Below are positions 48,740 to 58,724 of a DNA stretch of 64,000 bases, piece after piece. The position numbers and the translations under genes are program-made. The DNA is taken from contig OMIX01000098.1 of the NCBI GenBank assembly GCA_900299195.1, positions 27,302-91,301 of the forward strand. The letters run 5' to 3'. A model generated the notes under the pieces. It had not been told where the DNA came from. It ran no database searches and saw only the letters and a list, made by a program, of their open reading frames with translations. Numbering within the stretch: the stretch's first letter is position 1; every line of letters starts with the position of its first letter. This DNA comes from Deltaproteobacteria bacterium. GTDB lineage: Bacteria > Bdellovibrionota > FAC87 > UBA2466.

Positions 48740-48812
48740 TGCCCAGGGACGGAATCGAACCGCCGACACGAGGATTTTCAATCCTCTGCTCTACCGACTG
48801 AGCTACCTGGGC
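48740..48812 (-). tRNA. tRNA-Phe (anticodon GAA)
   Basis: Reverse complement reads GCCCAGGTAGCTCAGTCGGTAGAGCAGAGGATTGAAAATCCTCGTGTCGGCGGTTCGATTCCGTCCCTGGGCA. Cloverleaf with anticodon loop TTGAAAA. 3' CCA not encoded. Confidence 0.9.
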
Positions 48813-48854
48813 ACCTACTGAAGAATTGGAAATTACCTTCGCCCAGGCGACTGG

Positions 48855-49442
48855 TCAAGTGACGTTATCCTGAAACCAGTCTAAAAATTTCTTAACCGCT
48901 CTGGCCCTATGGCTGACCAGGGACTTTTCACTGGGGGTGGCCTCTCCCAGGGTCTTTCCTAAATCTGAGGAGTAAAAGATAGGATCGTATCCAAATCCTT
49001 CTGTTCCTAAAGGACCCTGAGCAATATAACCGTCCGTTGTTGCTTCAAAAAAGAGAGGGGGAACCACCCCATCATAGTAGCAAAGCACGCATCTGAAACG
49101 GGCTTTAGGCCGGCTTATCCCCAAGCTTGCCAGTTCTTGAAATAAGAAATTCCACCGTTCTTTCCAGGTCAGTTTTTCCCCCCCATAATGAGCCGAATCA
49201 ATCCCAGGGGCACCGTTGAGACAATCTAATTCAAGACCTGAATCATCGGCTAGAACAGGTCTTTTGAATAATTCAAAGTATCCCTTAGCTTTTTTAAGAA
49301 CATTTTCTTGGTAGGTTTTCCCGTCTTCAACTACGGCGACCACATGGGCAGGAAGGGGCTCACATTGAAAGTGCCCCCGCAACAACCCCTGAAACTCTTT
49401 CAATTTTCCGGCATTGGTCGTTGCAATAAGTAAGGACTTCAA
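48855..49442 (-). CDS. rdgB: Non-canonical purine NTP pyrophosphatase (dITP/XTP pyrophosphatase, RdgB/Ham1)
   Basis: MKSLLIATTNAGKLKEFQGLL is the Ham1 N-terminus, plus FGYDPIF. Overlaps rph by 4 nt. Confidence 0.85.
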   Translation of the reverse strand: MKSLLIATTNAGKLKEFQGLLRGHFQCEPLPAHVVAVVEDGKTYQENVLKKAKGYFELFKRPVLADDSGLELDCLNGAPGIDSAHYGGEKLTWKERWNFLFQELASLGISRPKARFRCVLCYYDGVVPPLFFEATTDGYIAQGPLGTEGFGYDPIFYSSDLGKTLGEATPSEKSLVSHRARAVKKFLDWFQDNVT

Positions 49443-50152
49443 GATTCCAGAACCTTCTTTTGAATTTCAAGAAGTTCAGTTATGCCTTTTTTCCCGAGAA
49501 GAATTAAACTTTGCATAGCCTCATCATCAAAAGGAACGCCCTCGGCGGTTCCCTGAACCTCAATAAACCGTCCGGATCCAGTTCTCACAATGTTCATGTC
49601 TACTTCGGCGTCCTTATCTTCTTCATAATTCAAATCGAGACAAGGAATTCCTTTCACAATCCCGACAGAAACCGCAGCTACGGCTGTCTTGGTCAGCGGG
49701 ACCAAAGTGGGGGATTTTTGCTGAATCTTTTTGATAGCCAACATCACTGCCACATAGGCGCCCGTAATCGAGGCTGTGCGAGTACCCCCATCCGCATCAA
49801 CCACATCACAGTCAACCAACAAGGATCTTTCACCTAGTTGATTCAAGTCGATACAAGCCCTTAAAGACCTTCCAATGAGCCTTTGAATTTCGTGGGTTCT
49901 TCCACCCACTTTTTGTCTTTCTCTTTGAATCCGCTGGCTACTGCTAGCAGGTAACATCGAATATTCAGCGGTCAGCCACCCTTTTCCAGAACCCTTTAAA
50001 AACCCGGGAACACTCTCCTCAACCATCGCACTGCAGATCACTTTAGTGCCGCCCATTTCTATCAAACAAGAACCTGAGGCATGAGATAAAAAGTGAGGAG
50101 TTATTTTTACGGGACGTAACTCATTCGGATTTCTTCCATCAATTCTGGTCAT
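49439..50152 (-). CDS. rph: Ribonuclease PH
   Basis: RIDGRNPNELRPVKIT...SGSCLIEMGGTKVICSA and DCDVVDADGGTRTASITGAYVAV are the RNase PH signature. Confidence 0.9.
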   Translation of the reverse strand: MTRIDGRNPNELRPVKITPHFLSHASGSCLIEMGGTKVICSAMVEESVPGFLKGSGKGWLTAEYSMLPASSSQRIQRERQKVGGRTHEIQRLIGRSLRACIDLNQLGERSLLVDCDVVDADGGTRTASITGAYVAVMLAIKKIQQKSPTLVPLTKTAVAAVSVGIVKGIPCLDLNYEEDKDAEVDMNIVRTGSGRFIEVQGTAEGVPFDDEAMQSLILLGKKGITELLEIQKKVLES

Positions 50153-50158
50153 AAACTT

Positions 50159-51106
50159 TTACTTTCTTGGTGTGTTTGCAAACTCAACTATGCCGGAACT
50201 TATAGCATTAGCGATACTTTTTAGATAGCTATCCCTCATAAGATTTTTGGCCTCTTCAACATGGGTCACATAGCCAATTTCAACTAAAACCGCAGGCATG
50301 TTAGTGCCATGGAGCACGGTAAAAGGAGCCTGTCTGACACCCCTTCCATTGGAACTCAATCGACGAGAAACAGCCGAAAACATAGACTCCGCCAACTGAC
50401 TACTTTCGGCTACATGATACTGAGTTGTCGCATCCGACAAAATAGAAATCACTTGAGCACTAATAGGAGTAGGAGGGGCTTGATTCTCTAAACGCGCCAG
50501 TTTGCTCGCTTCCGCATCCGTGGCCTCAGGACTTAAAAAGTAAACCTCAAAGCCTTTGGCCCTCGGAGCCGGGGAAGAATTGGCATGAATACTCACAAAC
50601 AGATCGGCTCCCCAAAAGTTGGCGAGTCTAGCTCTCTCTTTTAGAGGAATAAATTCGTCGAACTCTCGGCTGAGCTTTACTTCAATCGGCATCCCCTGAA
50701 GCTTTGAATACCTTTCAAGTTCTCTTCGCACCATTTTACCTACTTTGAGACAAATTTCTTTTTCCATGACTCCATGGTGACCTCGAGCCCCGTCGTCTTT
50801 TCCACCATGCCCGGGATCCAATAAGACCCTTAACTTACGCTCAAAACTACCCCCTCGGTCAGCCTTTAGCTGACCCGAAGGCAGGGTCCCCTTACCTCCA
50901 TTTGAGTCATTAAAATTAATTCCCATCGTGGGCACTTGTCTTGACGATGGTTTTCCCTCTTGAATTTGACCTTCAATAGCTTCTTTTAAAAATTCATCCT
51001 CTAAGCTGCTTCTCGAAATTAATCGGGCTCTCGATTGGGCCATGGAGCTTAACGTTCCAAAAATAAAGAGTATTTGCACAGCAACAAGGGTTTTGAATTT
51101 TTTCAT
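50159..51106 (-). CDS. N-acetylmuramoyl-L-alanine amidase (Amidase_3, AmiC-like), secreted
   Basis: Signal peptide. VLLDPGHGGKDDGARGHHGVMEKEICLKVG and FVSIHANS are zinc-amidase motifs. Confidence 0.8.
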   Translation of the reverse strand: MKKFKTLVAVQILFIFGTLSSMAQSRARLISRSSLEDEFLKEAIEGQIQEGKPSSRQVPTMGINFNDSNGGKGTLPSGQLKADRGGSFERKLRVLLDPGHGGKDDGARGHHGVMEKEICLKVGKMVRRELERYSKLQGMPIEVKLSREFDEFIPLKERARLANFWGADLFVSIHANSSPAPRAKGFEVYFLSPEATDAEASKLARLENQAPPTPISAQVISILSDATTQYHVAESSQLAESMFSAVSRRLSSNGRGVRQAPFTVLHGTNMPAVLVEIGYVTHVEEAKNLMRDSYLKSIANAISSGIVEFANTPRK

Positions 51107-51160
51107 GTTACACTTAAATTAACTTTTCATTTTTTCTAGACGTAAACCCCAAAAAAACTG

Positions 51161-52339
51161 GTGCAAAAAATGCGACTAGCTGTCTCAAGCTTTTTGTTTG
51201 GCTACAGTCTTTTACTGTTGGGGTTAACTACGAACTCAGGAAGAAATGAGGCGTTTTTTTCCTATTCTAACACACCCATCAGGGTCCTTCTAGACAAGGG
51301 TCAGCAAGAAATTCGAGTTCAATCGGTGTTAAACCATCTTTTTATTAAGGAACCCGGTGCGACAAAATGGAGCGAGTTTCCTAAAAACTCCATTGTTCGA
51401 CTGTCACGAAGCAGAAAACAATTACGAGTTAACAATATTACTTTCAAAAGTTCGGCTATTTATCTTAGAGGGGGAAATCAACACACCGATCCCATTCAAT
51501 ACGGAAAAAACTTTTATCGCGGGGCCCTAAAAATAACTCTAAATCAAGATGGGCTTCTAATGACTAATATTATTCCCATCGAGGAATATTTATTTGGAAT
51601 GATTGCAGGGGAAATGAGCCCCCAGTGGAACCTTGAAGCCTTAAAAGCTCAAGTGGTGGCCGCAAGAACTTACGCCATGTACATGGTCAACCACCCTAGA
51701 CACCCTCTTTATGATCTAGAAAAAGGAACGGCAGATCAGGTTTACCCTGGGGCGGGTAGCGAATCTGAGCAGATCCGAACCGCGGTTGAGACAACCCGGG
51801 GACAATTTATCACCAAAAATCAAAAACCCATCAAAACCTACTACCATTCTCGTTGCGGCGGTTCCACGGAACCTGCCCATCAGGTCTGGAATAAAACAGA
51901 AAAAAACAGCCCCACCAGTGTTCCTTGCCCTTACTGTCAAAAATTTCCCTACACCTGGAAAACTAAAGTCAAAATTTCAAATCTGATTAGCTTGCTGAAA
52001 CTACCCGTTGAAAAACACGAGACCTTCAAAATAGCCTTACTCAACAGAACAAGCACGGGTCGAGTCAAAGAACTCTCAATAGAAACCGATGCTTCCAAGC
52101 ACCTTATCAACTCCGAATCTCTTCGCCATCTTTTGGGTTATGCCCAAGTGAAAAGCACACGGTTTGAAGTTAACGTCGATGACGATGAGGTCTCTTTCGA
52201 GGGAGTAGGCTCGGGTCATGGCGTTGGAATGTGCCAATGGGGCGCCCAATTTCTTGCTAAGCAGGGAAAAACCTATAAACAAATTTTAGCCCACTATTAC
52301 CCTAATTTTCAGCTACACCAACCCAACTCTTCGCCCTAA
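51161..52339 (+). CDS. SpoIID/LytB-domain protein (peptidoglycan remodelling, amidase enhancer-like)
   Basis: EEYLFGMIAGEMSPQWNLEALKAQVVAARTYAMY...YHSRCGGSTE...GSGHGVGMCQWGA is the SpoIID/LytB signature. Confidence 0.75.
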   Translation: MQKMRLAVSSFLFGYSLLLLGLTTNSGRNEAFFSYSNTPIRVLLDKGQQEIRVQSVLNHLFIKEPGATKWSEFPKNSIVRLSRSRKQLRVNNITFKSSAIYLRGGNQHTDPIQYGKNFYRGALKITLNQDGLLMTNIIPIEEYLFGMIAGEMSPQWNLEALKAQVVAARTYAMYMVNHPRHPLYDLEKGTADQVYPGAGSESEQIRTAVETTRGQFITKNQKPIKTYYHSRCGGSTEPAHQVWNKTEKNSPTSVPCPYCQKFPYTWKTKVKISNLISLLKLPVEKHETFKIALLNRTSTGRVKELSIETDASKHLINSESLRHLLGYAQVKSTRFEVNVDDDEVSFEGVGSGHGVGMCQWGAQFLAKQGKTYKQILAHYYPNFQLHQPNSSP

Positions 52340-52384
52340 TTTTTTATCTGGTGATTTTTTTTGTCTCACATTATCTTGCGGGAA

Positions 52385-53404
52385 ATGAAATTGTCCGATT
52401 TTAGTTTTGAGTTACCAGACGAACTGATAGCGAAGTTTCCCGCCCACCCTCGCGATCATTCCCGAATGCTCGTCGTCGATCGAACCGCCAAGAAGATCGA
52501 GCATCGCCAGTTTTTTCATCTTCCAGAGTTTCTGAACACAAACGATCTTCTAGTTCTAAATAACACTAAGGTTTTACCAGCCCGTCTTTTCGCAACCGAC
52601 TCCGCCGGAAAGTCGTTTGAGGTTTTTTTATTAAAGAATCTATCCCCTTCTTATTTATCTTGGGAGTGTTTGGTTAAACCCGGAAAAAAAGTAAAAACCG
52701 GAATCACGTTGTCTTTCCCTAAGGATGGCACCGGGACCATCGTTCCTTCGAGCAACGGAGTCTTCACAGTCTCTTTTAAAGTTCCACCCCATAAAAATGT
52801 TTTGGATTGGTTGTTTGAAAGTGGTAATTCTCCTCTCCCACCTTACATAAAAAGAAAAGCCGACGAATCTGATAAGACGACTTATCAAACGGTTTACGCT
52901 AAAAACACAGGCTCGGTAGCAGCTCCCACAGCGGGCCTTCATTTCACTGAAAAGCTTTTAACCCAACTTAGACACAAACTTGTTCAAATCAGTGAAGTTA
53001 CCTTGCACGTGGGCTACGGAACCTTTTCGCCCATTCGCTCAGAAAACATTTTGGATCACAAAATGCACACTGAGGAGTATTCCATACCCAACCAAACACT
53101 AGAACTCCTAAGCCAAACAAAAAAAGACGGAGGTCGGGTTTTTGCTGTGGGAACGACTTCTCTTAGAACCTTAGAAAGCTACCCCACCATGGGAGCCCAA
53201 GGGTCGACAGATATCTACATCACCCCAGGATACCGTTTTAAGGTCGTCGATGGGCTTATCACCAACTTCCATCTTCCGGAATCTTCTCTGTATGTTTTAG
53301 TTTGTTCTCTTTTGGGAACCGATTTCTGCCGTGAAGTTTACCAAGAGGCCATCAAAGAAAAATATCGGTTTTATAGCTACGGCGACGCCATGTTAATAAT
53401 GTAG
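52385..53404 (+). CDS. queA: S-adenosylmethionine:tRNA ribosyltransferase-isomerase
   Basis: MKLSDFSFELPDELIAKFPAHPRDHSRMLVVDR matches the QueA N-terminus. Start set at ATG 52385 rather than the track's upstream TTG. Confidence 0.9.
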   Translation: MKLSDFSFELPDELIAKFPAHPRDHSRMLVVDRTAKKIEHRQFFHLPEFLNTNDLLVLNNTKVLPARLFATDSAGKSFEVFLLKNLSPSYLSWECLVKPGKKVKTGITLSFPKDGTGTIVPSSNGVFTVSFKVPPHKNVLDWLFESGNSPLPPYIKRKADESDKTTYQTVYAKNTGSVAAPTAGLHFTEKLLTQLRHKLVQISEVTLHVGYGTFSPIRSENILDHKMHTEEYSIPNQTLELLSQTKKDGGRVFAVGTTSLRTLESYPTMGAQGSTDIYITPGYRFKVVDGLITNFHLPESSLYVLVCSLLGTDFCREVYQEAIKEKYRFYSYGDAMLIM

Positions 53405-53460
53405 CTTGACGAAACGCGCCGAAACCTCCTATGCTCTGGCGCTTAAGGAAGGTGATTACT

Positions 53461-53655
53461 GTGCCTGGACTCAAAGTCAAAGATACAGAACCATTTGAGG
53501 GAGCTCTTCGAAGGTTCAAAAAACAATGCGAAAAAGCAGGTATCTTGTCAGAAGTTCGCCGACGCGAATTTTATGAAAAGCCCTCTGTTCGCAGAAAGAA
53601 AAAGAGTATCGCGGCTCGAAAACGCTCTGTTAAGCGTACTTTCGAACGTCGATAA
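53461..53655 (+). CDS. rpsU: 30S ribosomal protein S21 (GTG start)
   Basis: (M)[46 protein letters not shown] compares with E. coli [42 protein letters not shown]. Confidence 0.8.
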   Translation: MPGLKVKDTEPFEGALRRFKKQCEKAGILSEVRRREFYEKPSVRRKKKSIAARKRSVKRTFERR

Positions 53656-53660
53656 TTTTT

Positions 53661-54107
53661 ATGGACCTTAAGACTACCATTCAAAATGATATGAAATCGG
53701 CAATGAAAGCTGGAGAACCTGTGAAAACAGGTTGCCTCCGAATGCTCATTGCCGAAATCAAAAAGCGAGAAATCGACAAACGCTCTGTACTTGATGAAGG
53801 TGAAATACAAAAAACGGTTTCATCTTTAATCAAACAAAGAATGGATTCGGTTGAAGCTTTTACGAAGGGTGGTCGAGAAGATCTCGCTGATAAGGAAAAA
53901 ATGGAGATAGACTTTCTGAAAGTTTATCTCCCAACTCAACTCTCGGAATCTGAAGTTGAAACCTTAGTGATTGCTGCCATCGAGGAAACCGGGGCCAAAG
54001 TTCCACAAGATGTAGGCAAAGTCATGAAGGCCGTGCTCGCCAAAGCTGGCGGCCGTGCGGACGGTAAAATGGTCAATGAAATGGTCCGCAAAAAACTCCA
54101 ACCCTAA
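53661..54107 (+). CDS. GatB/YqeY-domain protein
   Basis: MDLKTTIQNDMKSAMKAGEPVKTGCLRMLIAEIKKREID is YqeY-like. Typical partner downstream of rpsU. Confidence 0.75.
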   Translation: MDLKTTIQNDMKSAMKAGEPVKTGCLRMLIAEIKKREIDKRSVLDEGEIQKTVSSLIKQRMDSVEAFTKGGREDLADKEKMEIDFLKVYLPTQLSESEVETLVIAAIEETGAKVPQDVGKVMKAVLAKAGGRADGKMVNEMVRKKLQP

Positions 54108-54759
54108 GCAAAAACCTCAAGAATTTTTTAGCTGGGAACCCTCCCTTCTTAAGGCTTTTCCCTCGTTGCCACACAACTTTTATTTAAAACCAGCTCCCTC
54201 TGTAGCAAGGTCTCTTCTAGGAAAGGGCCTTTACATCGCTCATGAAAAGCAGACTTTTCTTTGCCAAATTGTTGAAGTCGAAGCCTATCTAGGAAATAAC
54301 GATCCCGCTAGCCATGCTTTCAAAGGGCCCACTCAAAGAAACCAATCCATGTTTGAGGTAGGGGGAACTTGTTATGTCTATCTATCGTATGGAATCAATT
54401 TCTGTATGAACGTAGTCACTGGGGCAAAAGGCAAAGGAAGTGCTGTCTTAATCAGGGCCGCCATTCCATTGCTTGGCCTTCAAGAAATGGCGAAAAATCG
54501 CCGTATTTCCATGCCCTTAAACCAAAAGTCTCTCAAAAATCTGCTTAATGGGCCGGGAAAACTCACCCAAGCCTTGGGTATAGATCGTACTTTTGATGGC
54601 GTGCGCTTTGACCAAACCACCTTTAAGATAGTAGACCTTCAATACACTGTACCGAAGCATCAGATCGGACTTTCTCCTCGAATCGGTATTAGTAAGGCCA
54701 AGGACGAAAAGCTTCGGTTTTTCATTAGAAACTGTGAGTTTTTATCTCGTCCAGAATAA
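54076..54759 (+). CDS. DNA-3-methyladenine glycosylase (Mpg/AAG family); start uncertain
   Basis: VARSLLGKGLYIAHEKQTFLCQIVEVEAYLGNNDPASHAFKGPTQRNQSMFEVGGTCYVYLSYGINFCMNVV is the Mpg signature. The reading frame overlaps yqeY. Candidate starts are GTG 54055, ATG 54076 and TTG 54166. Confidence 0.7.
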   Translation: MKWSAKNSNPKQKPQEFFSWEPSLLKAFPSLPHNFYLKPAPSVARSLLGKGLYIAHEKQTFLCQIVEVEAYLGNNDPASHAFKGPTQRNQSMFEVGGTCYVYLSYGINFCMNVVTGAKGKGSAVLIRAAIPLLGLQEMAKNRRISMPLNQKSLKNLLNGPGKLTQALGIDRTFDGVRFDQTTFKIVDLQYTVPKHQIGLSPRIGISKAKDEKLRFFIRNCEFLSRPE

Positions 54760-54777
54760 AGAAAAGGTAACCGTTTC

Positions 54778-56571
54778 GTGTTTTCGGAAAGAACGATTGA
54801 AGAAATTAGAAGTCGCGTGGATCTGATAGAGCTTATCGGAGAATACGTTGAGCTTAAGAAAAGCGGAACCAGCTACAAAGGACTTTGCCCTTTTCACGGG
54901 GAAAAGACCCCGTCCTTTATGGTTCAACCATTGAAACAGATTTTTCATTGTTTTGGTTGTCACAAGGGTGGAAACTGCTTCACCTTTCTTACCAACATCG
55001 AAGGAATTAGTTTTCCTGAAGCCGTGAAACAACTCGCCTCAAGAGTTGGAGTCACTATCGAAGAAGAAAATAGAACCCCCTCAAAACCCACAAAAGATTC
55101 AACACCGACTCCTAAAGACGAAAGAATTTTCGCGGCTCTGGAGTGGGCTGCCAAATATTTTAACTACCTATTATTAGAAATTGGCGAAAACGAGTTTGCC
55201 CGCGAGTACTGTAAAAACCGGGGGCTTTCATTAAAAACTCTTCAAAAATTTCGGATCGGAGTTTCGCCCAAAGGTTGGAATACTTTGATGAACATCATGT
55301 TCAAAAAAGGTTTCACTTTTTCGGAATTGGTAGAAGCCGGTCTTGTCATTCAGAAAGACGGTAAACCTAACGAAGGGTATGATCGATTTCGAGACCGATT
55401 AATGTTTCCCATTCACAATCGAGAGGGAAAAGTAGTGGGTTTTGGGGCTCGTCTTTTTACAGATGAAAAAGATCAACCCAAATATTTAAACTCTCCAGAA
55501 TCCTCGATATTTTCCAAAAGAAAAATCCTTTACGGCCTTCACGAAAATCAACGAAACATTCGACTCAGAGGAGAAGCAGTGGTGGTGGAAGGCTATATGG
55601 ATGTCGTAGGCCTTTCAGAAAAAGGGGTAAATAATGCGATTGCAACGATGGGAACCGCACTCACCGAAGAGCATTGTTTAGAACTCAAAGGATTAACACA
55701 AAAAGTTGTCACAGTATTTGATCCCGATTCTGCTGGAAAGGAAGCTTGGCACCGTTCCGTTCACACTTTTATGTCGAGCCGCATATTTGCTCGCGATCTC
55801 TCCTTGCCCAACGAATTAGACCCTGATGAGTTTGTTCAAAAAGAGGGGGCCGAAGCGTTCTATGAACTTTGTAAAACAGCACCTCGACAGATCACAAAAT
55901 ATCTCAAAGAGATCGCAACCAAGGGAAATCTTTCTGAAGAGGAAAGTGCAAAACAACTTAATCTTTTAATTCCAATTTTAATTGCTAGCCGCAACCTTCC
56001 CGACCGGGCCACACTATGGGACGATATTTGTCTTGTATTCAAAATATCAAGAGAGGCTCTAAAAGAACTAGCAGAGTCGGGCATGAAAACACGAGCGACC
56101 CAAGTGGCTCCGCCCCCTAAAATTGGAATTCGAACGCCCATCAAAAATGAGGCCAAACCTACAACTTTAGAAAAAGAATTTTTTAAGGTCTGTATTCGAT
56201 GGCCTGAAAGATTTTTAGAAGTTCCAAAATCGACTTGGGAAACCACCATTAAACATCCCGAAATTAAACAGTGGCTTTTGCAAGTCGCTAACGCAAAAAC
56301 GATTCAGGAATTTGAAAGCCTGCTGGAAAGCTTAATAAATTCAAATCCTTCAAGCCAGCTTCTTGCATTAGCAACCGAGGAACTTTTTACAGATAATTCC
56401 AAAGACAACGGAACCAAGCTTTTCAATGCAGTGTTGGACCGAGTGCGTCGAATTTCTAATGAAACCCAAATAAAAGCTCTGACAGTTCAAATTAAATTAG
56501 CGCAACGAATGGGTGAAGAAACAGAGGTTCTTAGACTTCTAGAAAAGCTAAAAGAATTAAGAACTTCTTGA
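54778..56571 (+). CDS. dnaG: DNA primase (GTG start)
   Basis: CPFHGEKTPSFMV...FHCFGCHKGGN zinc-binding domain, TOPRIM EGYMDV...DPDSAGKEA. Confidence 0.9.
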   Translation: MFSERTIEEIRSRVDLIELIGEYVELKKSGTSYKGLCPFHGEKTPSFMVQPLKQIFHCFGCHKGGNCFTFLTNIEGISFPEAVKQLASRVGVTIEEENRTPSKPTKDSTPTPKDERIFAALEWAAKYFNYLLLEIGENEFAREYCKNRGLSLKTLQKFRIGVSPKGWNTLMNIMFKKGFTFSELVEAGLVIQKDGKPNEGYDRFRDRLMFPIHNREGKVVGFGARLFTDEKDQPKYLNSPESSIFSKRKILYGLHENQRNIRLRGEAVVVEGYMDVVGLSEKGVNNAIATMGTALTEEHCLELKGLTQKVVTVFDPDSAGKEAWHRSVHTFMSSRIFARDLSLPNELDPDEFVQKEGAEAFYELCKTAPRQITKYLKEIATKGNLSEEESAKQLNLLIPILIASRNLPDRATLWDDICLVFKISREALKELAESGMKTRATQVAPPPKIGIRTPIKNEAKPTTLEKEFFKVCIRWPERFLEVPKSTWETTIKHPEIKQWLLQVANAKTIQEFESLLESLINSNPSSQLLALATEELFTDNSKDNGTKLFNAVLDRVRRISNETQIKALTVQIKLAQRMGEETEVLRLLEKLKELRTS

Positions 56572-56670
56572 TTGTAATGCGCTCTGCGGCGTGATAGGAA
56601 TTGATGTTTGTAAATTTCAAATTAGAGTCTAAGTTTTCACAAGCACTCTTTTTAAAGTAGAGGAGAGTCA

Positions 56671-58542
56671 ATGCCTTCTAAACTCGAGAAGAAAAAAGAA
56701 TTGCAGAAGTTGATCGCGCTGGGAAAAGAAAAAGGGTTTCTCACTTACGAAGAGATCAACGACGCTCTTCCAGAAGACATGACCGAAAGTGATGATCTTG
56801 ACGAGGTCATGACCCTCATTGAAGACAACGAAATTGAAGTTGTCGAAAACGAAAAACAATTGAAATCCCAAGGTGGCGCAAAAAAAGCTGCTGCGCCAAC
56901 TGCTGCTGCCGACGAAGAAACTCCGGTCGTTGGAAAAGAAGAAGATTCTTTGGGTCGCGGTTTGGATCCTGTTCGTCTTTACCTGAAAAAAATGGGTTCC
57001 GTCGCTTTGCTCACTCGAGATGGTGAGATTGAAATTGCAAAACGAATTGAGGAAGGTGAAGCCGAGGTTCTTGATGAAATTCTAAACTCCTCTATGGGCG
57101 TGAAAGAATTTTTAGCAATCGGGGAAAAAATTGAAGCTGGCCGCTTGAGAGCCAGGGATGTTCTGCGTGGCGCTGAAGGAGAGGGAGAAAACTCCGAAGA
57201 AGAAAGTGGAGAGTTCGAGGAAGAAGGGGAAAACAAAGAAGCGGCTGAAGGTGAAGAAGCTCAAGCCGTCGGACCCGATCAAACTGCAGGACTCAACGAA
57301 GCCGAGTGCCGAGAGCGGATTTTACAAGGAATGGAACTTGTAAAAAACTTTGAACGATCTCTTACTAAAGTCGAAGGAAAACTCATCAAGAGTGGCTTGT
57401 CGGCTATCGAAAGAAAAAAACTTAGAGAAAAACTCGCTAGCAACCGAAAGAACATTGTTAAAATTTTCCAAGAGATTAACTTCAACAGGAAAACAATCAA
57501 TAAAATCGTTGCTAAATTCAAACAGCAAGTCAGCCGAATTGAAGAAGCCGAAAGAGAAGTGTTTTACGCTCTAAAGAGAATCAATACCGATCAAATAGGA
57601 AAATTCAGAAACACTCTCAAAGAAGCAAAACGTAACAAAAAGTTTGAAGAGCAGATCAAAGCTAAGCACGGTCTTGACTATGCAGGGCTTCTTGAAATCG
57701 AGCACGAAATTAACAATGCAGCCAAAAAAGTCGATGCAGTAGAAAAAGAAGCTAATCTGAGGGCAAGAGAATTAAAAGACATGTACGAAGCCATTTTGGC
57801 TGGAGAACGAAAGTCTGAAATTGCCAAAGCAGAACTAGTAGAAGCCAACTTGAGGTTGGTAGTCTCTATTGCAAAAAAATACACCAATCGAGGCTTGCAG
57901 TTTCTTGACCTAATTCAAGAAGGTAACATCGGCCTAATGAAGGCCGTCGACAAGTTCGAGTATCGTCGAGGGTATAAGTTTTCAACTTATGCTACTTGGT
58001 GGATTCGACAAGCGATCACTCGAGCCATTGCAGACCAAGCGCGAACCATCCGTATTCCAGTTCACATGATTGAAACCATCAACAAACTTTCTCGCACCTC
58101 GAGATACTTGGTACAGGAGTTGGGAAGAGAACCCACCCCCGAAGAGATTGCTGAAAAGATGGAAATGCCGGTAGATAAGGTTCGAAAAGTTCTTAAAATC
58201 GCCAAAGAGCCGATATCTTTGGAAACCCCCATTGGGGAAGATGAAGACTCGCACTTAGGAGATTTCATCGAGGACAATAAGATGGTGAACCCAGTGGATC
58301 ACGTCACCAACCTCAACCTATCGGAACAAACTCGTAAGGTTCTCGCAACGCTAACCACCAGGGAAGAAAGTGTGTTGCGGAAACGATTTGGGATCGGTCA
58401 AAGCTCAGATCATACCTTAGAAGAGGTTGGACAAGATTTTAATGTGACTCGGGAACGTATTCGTCAGATTGAAGCTAAAGCCCTTAGAAAATTGCGCCAT
58501 CCCAGTCGAAGCAAACGGTTAAAATCGTTTATCGACAACTAA
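56671..58542 (+). CDS. rpoD: RNA polymerase sigma-70 (RpoD) with an acidic/Gly-Glu-rich non-conserved insert
   Basis: Region 1.2 [29 protein letters not shown], region 2 [31 protein letters not shown], region 4. SD AGAGGAGAG precedes the ATG. Confidence 0.9.
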   Translation: MPSKLEKKKELQKLIALGKEKGFLTYEEINDALPEDMTESDDLDEVMTLIEDNEIEVVENEKQLKSQGGAKKAAAPTAAADEETPVVGKEEDSLGRGLDPVRLYLKKMGSVALLTRDGEIEIAKRIEEGEAEVLDEILNSSMGVKEFLAIGEKIEAGRLRARDVLRGAEGEGENSEEESGEFEEEGENKEAAEGEEAQAVGPDQTAGLNEAECRERILQGMELVKNFERSLTKVEGKLIKSGLSAIERKKLREKLASNRKNIVKIFQEINFNRKTINKIVAKFKQQVSRIEEAEREVFYALKRINTDQIGKFRNTLKEAKRNKKFEEQIKAKHGLDYAGLLEIEHEINNAAKKVDAVEKEANLRARELKDMYEAILAGERKSEIAKAELVEANLRLVVSIAKKYTNRGLQFLDLIQEGNIGLMKAVDKFEYRRGYKFSTYATWWIRQAITRAIADQARTIRIPVHMIETINKLSRTSRYLVQELGREPTPEEIAEKMEMPVDKVRKVLKIAKEPISLETPIGEDEDSHLGDFIEDNKMVNPVDHVTNLNLSEQTRKVLATLTTREESVLRKRFGIGQSSDHTLEEVGQDFNVTRERIRQIEAKALRKLRHPSRSKRLKSFIDN

Positions 58543-58552
58543 GTGCTGTATT

Positions 58553-58569
58553 CGATCTCGGATCGTTTT
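58553..58569 (+). terminator. Weak candidate intrinsic terminator after rpoD (CGATC-tcg-GATCG followed by TTTT)
   Basis: 5-bp stem and T4 run 11 nt after the rpoD stop. Marginal stability. Confidence 0.3.
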
Positions 58570-58591
58570 GGAGAAGGTTATACTGAATTGG

Positions 58592-58665
58592 GGGCCCATA
58601 GCTCAGTTGGTTAGAGCAGTCGGCTCATAACCGATAGGTCCCAGGTTCAAGTCCTGGTGGGCCCA
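58592..58665 (+). tRNA. tRNA with CAT anticodon (elongator tRNA-Met or lysidine-modified tRNA-Ile2; not initiator)
   Basis: GGGCCCATAGCTCAGTTGGTTAGAGCAGTCGGCTCATAACCGATAGGTCCCAGGTTCAAGTCCTGGTGGGCCCA. G1:C72 is paired and anticodon loop is CTCATAA. The T-arm and acceptor resemble E. coli tRNA-Ile2. Confidence 0.85.
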
Positions 58666-58724
58666 TTCAGGATCCAACTCCTGCGATTCACAGTTGTTTT
58701 TAACCCTGTAAGAAGTGAGCGGAA

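Noticed and set aside
46370-48812. Possible integrated mobile element at tRNA-Phe
   Set aside because: No integrase, recombinase or transposase ORF is present, and no direct repeat of the tRNA 3' end could be seen by eye. It is kept only as a possible accessory locus.
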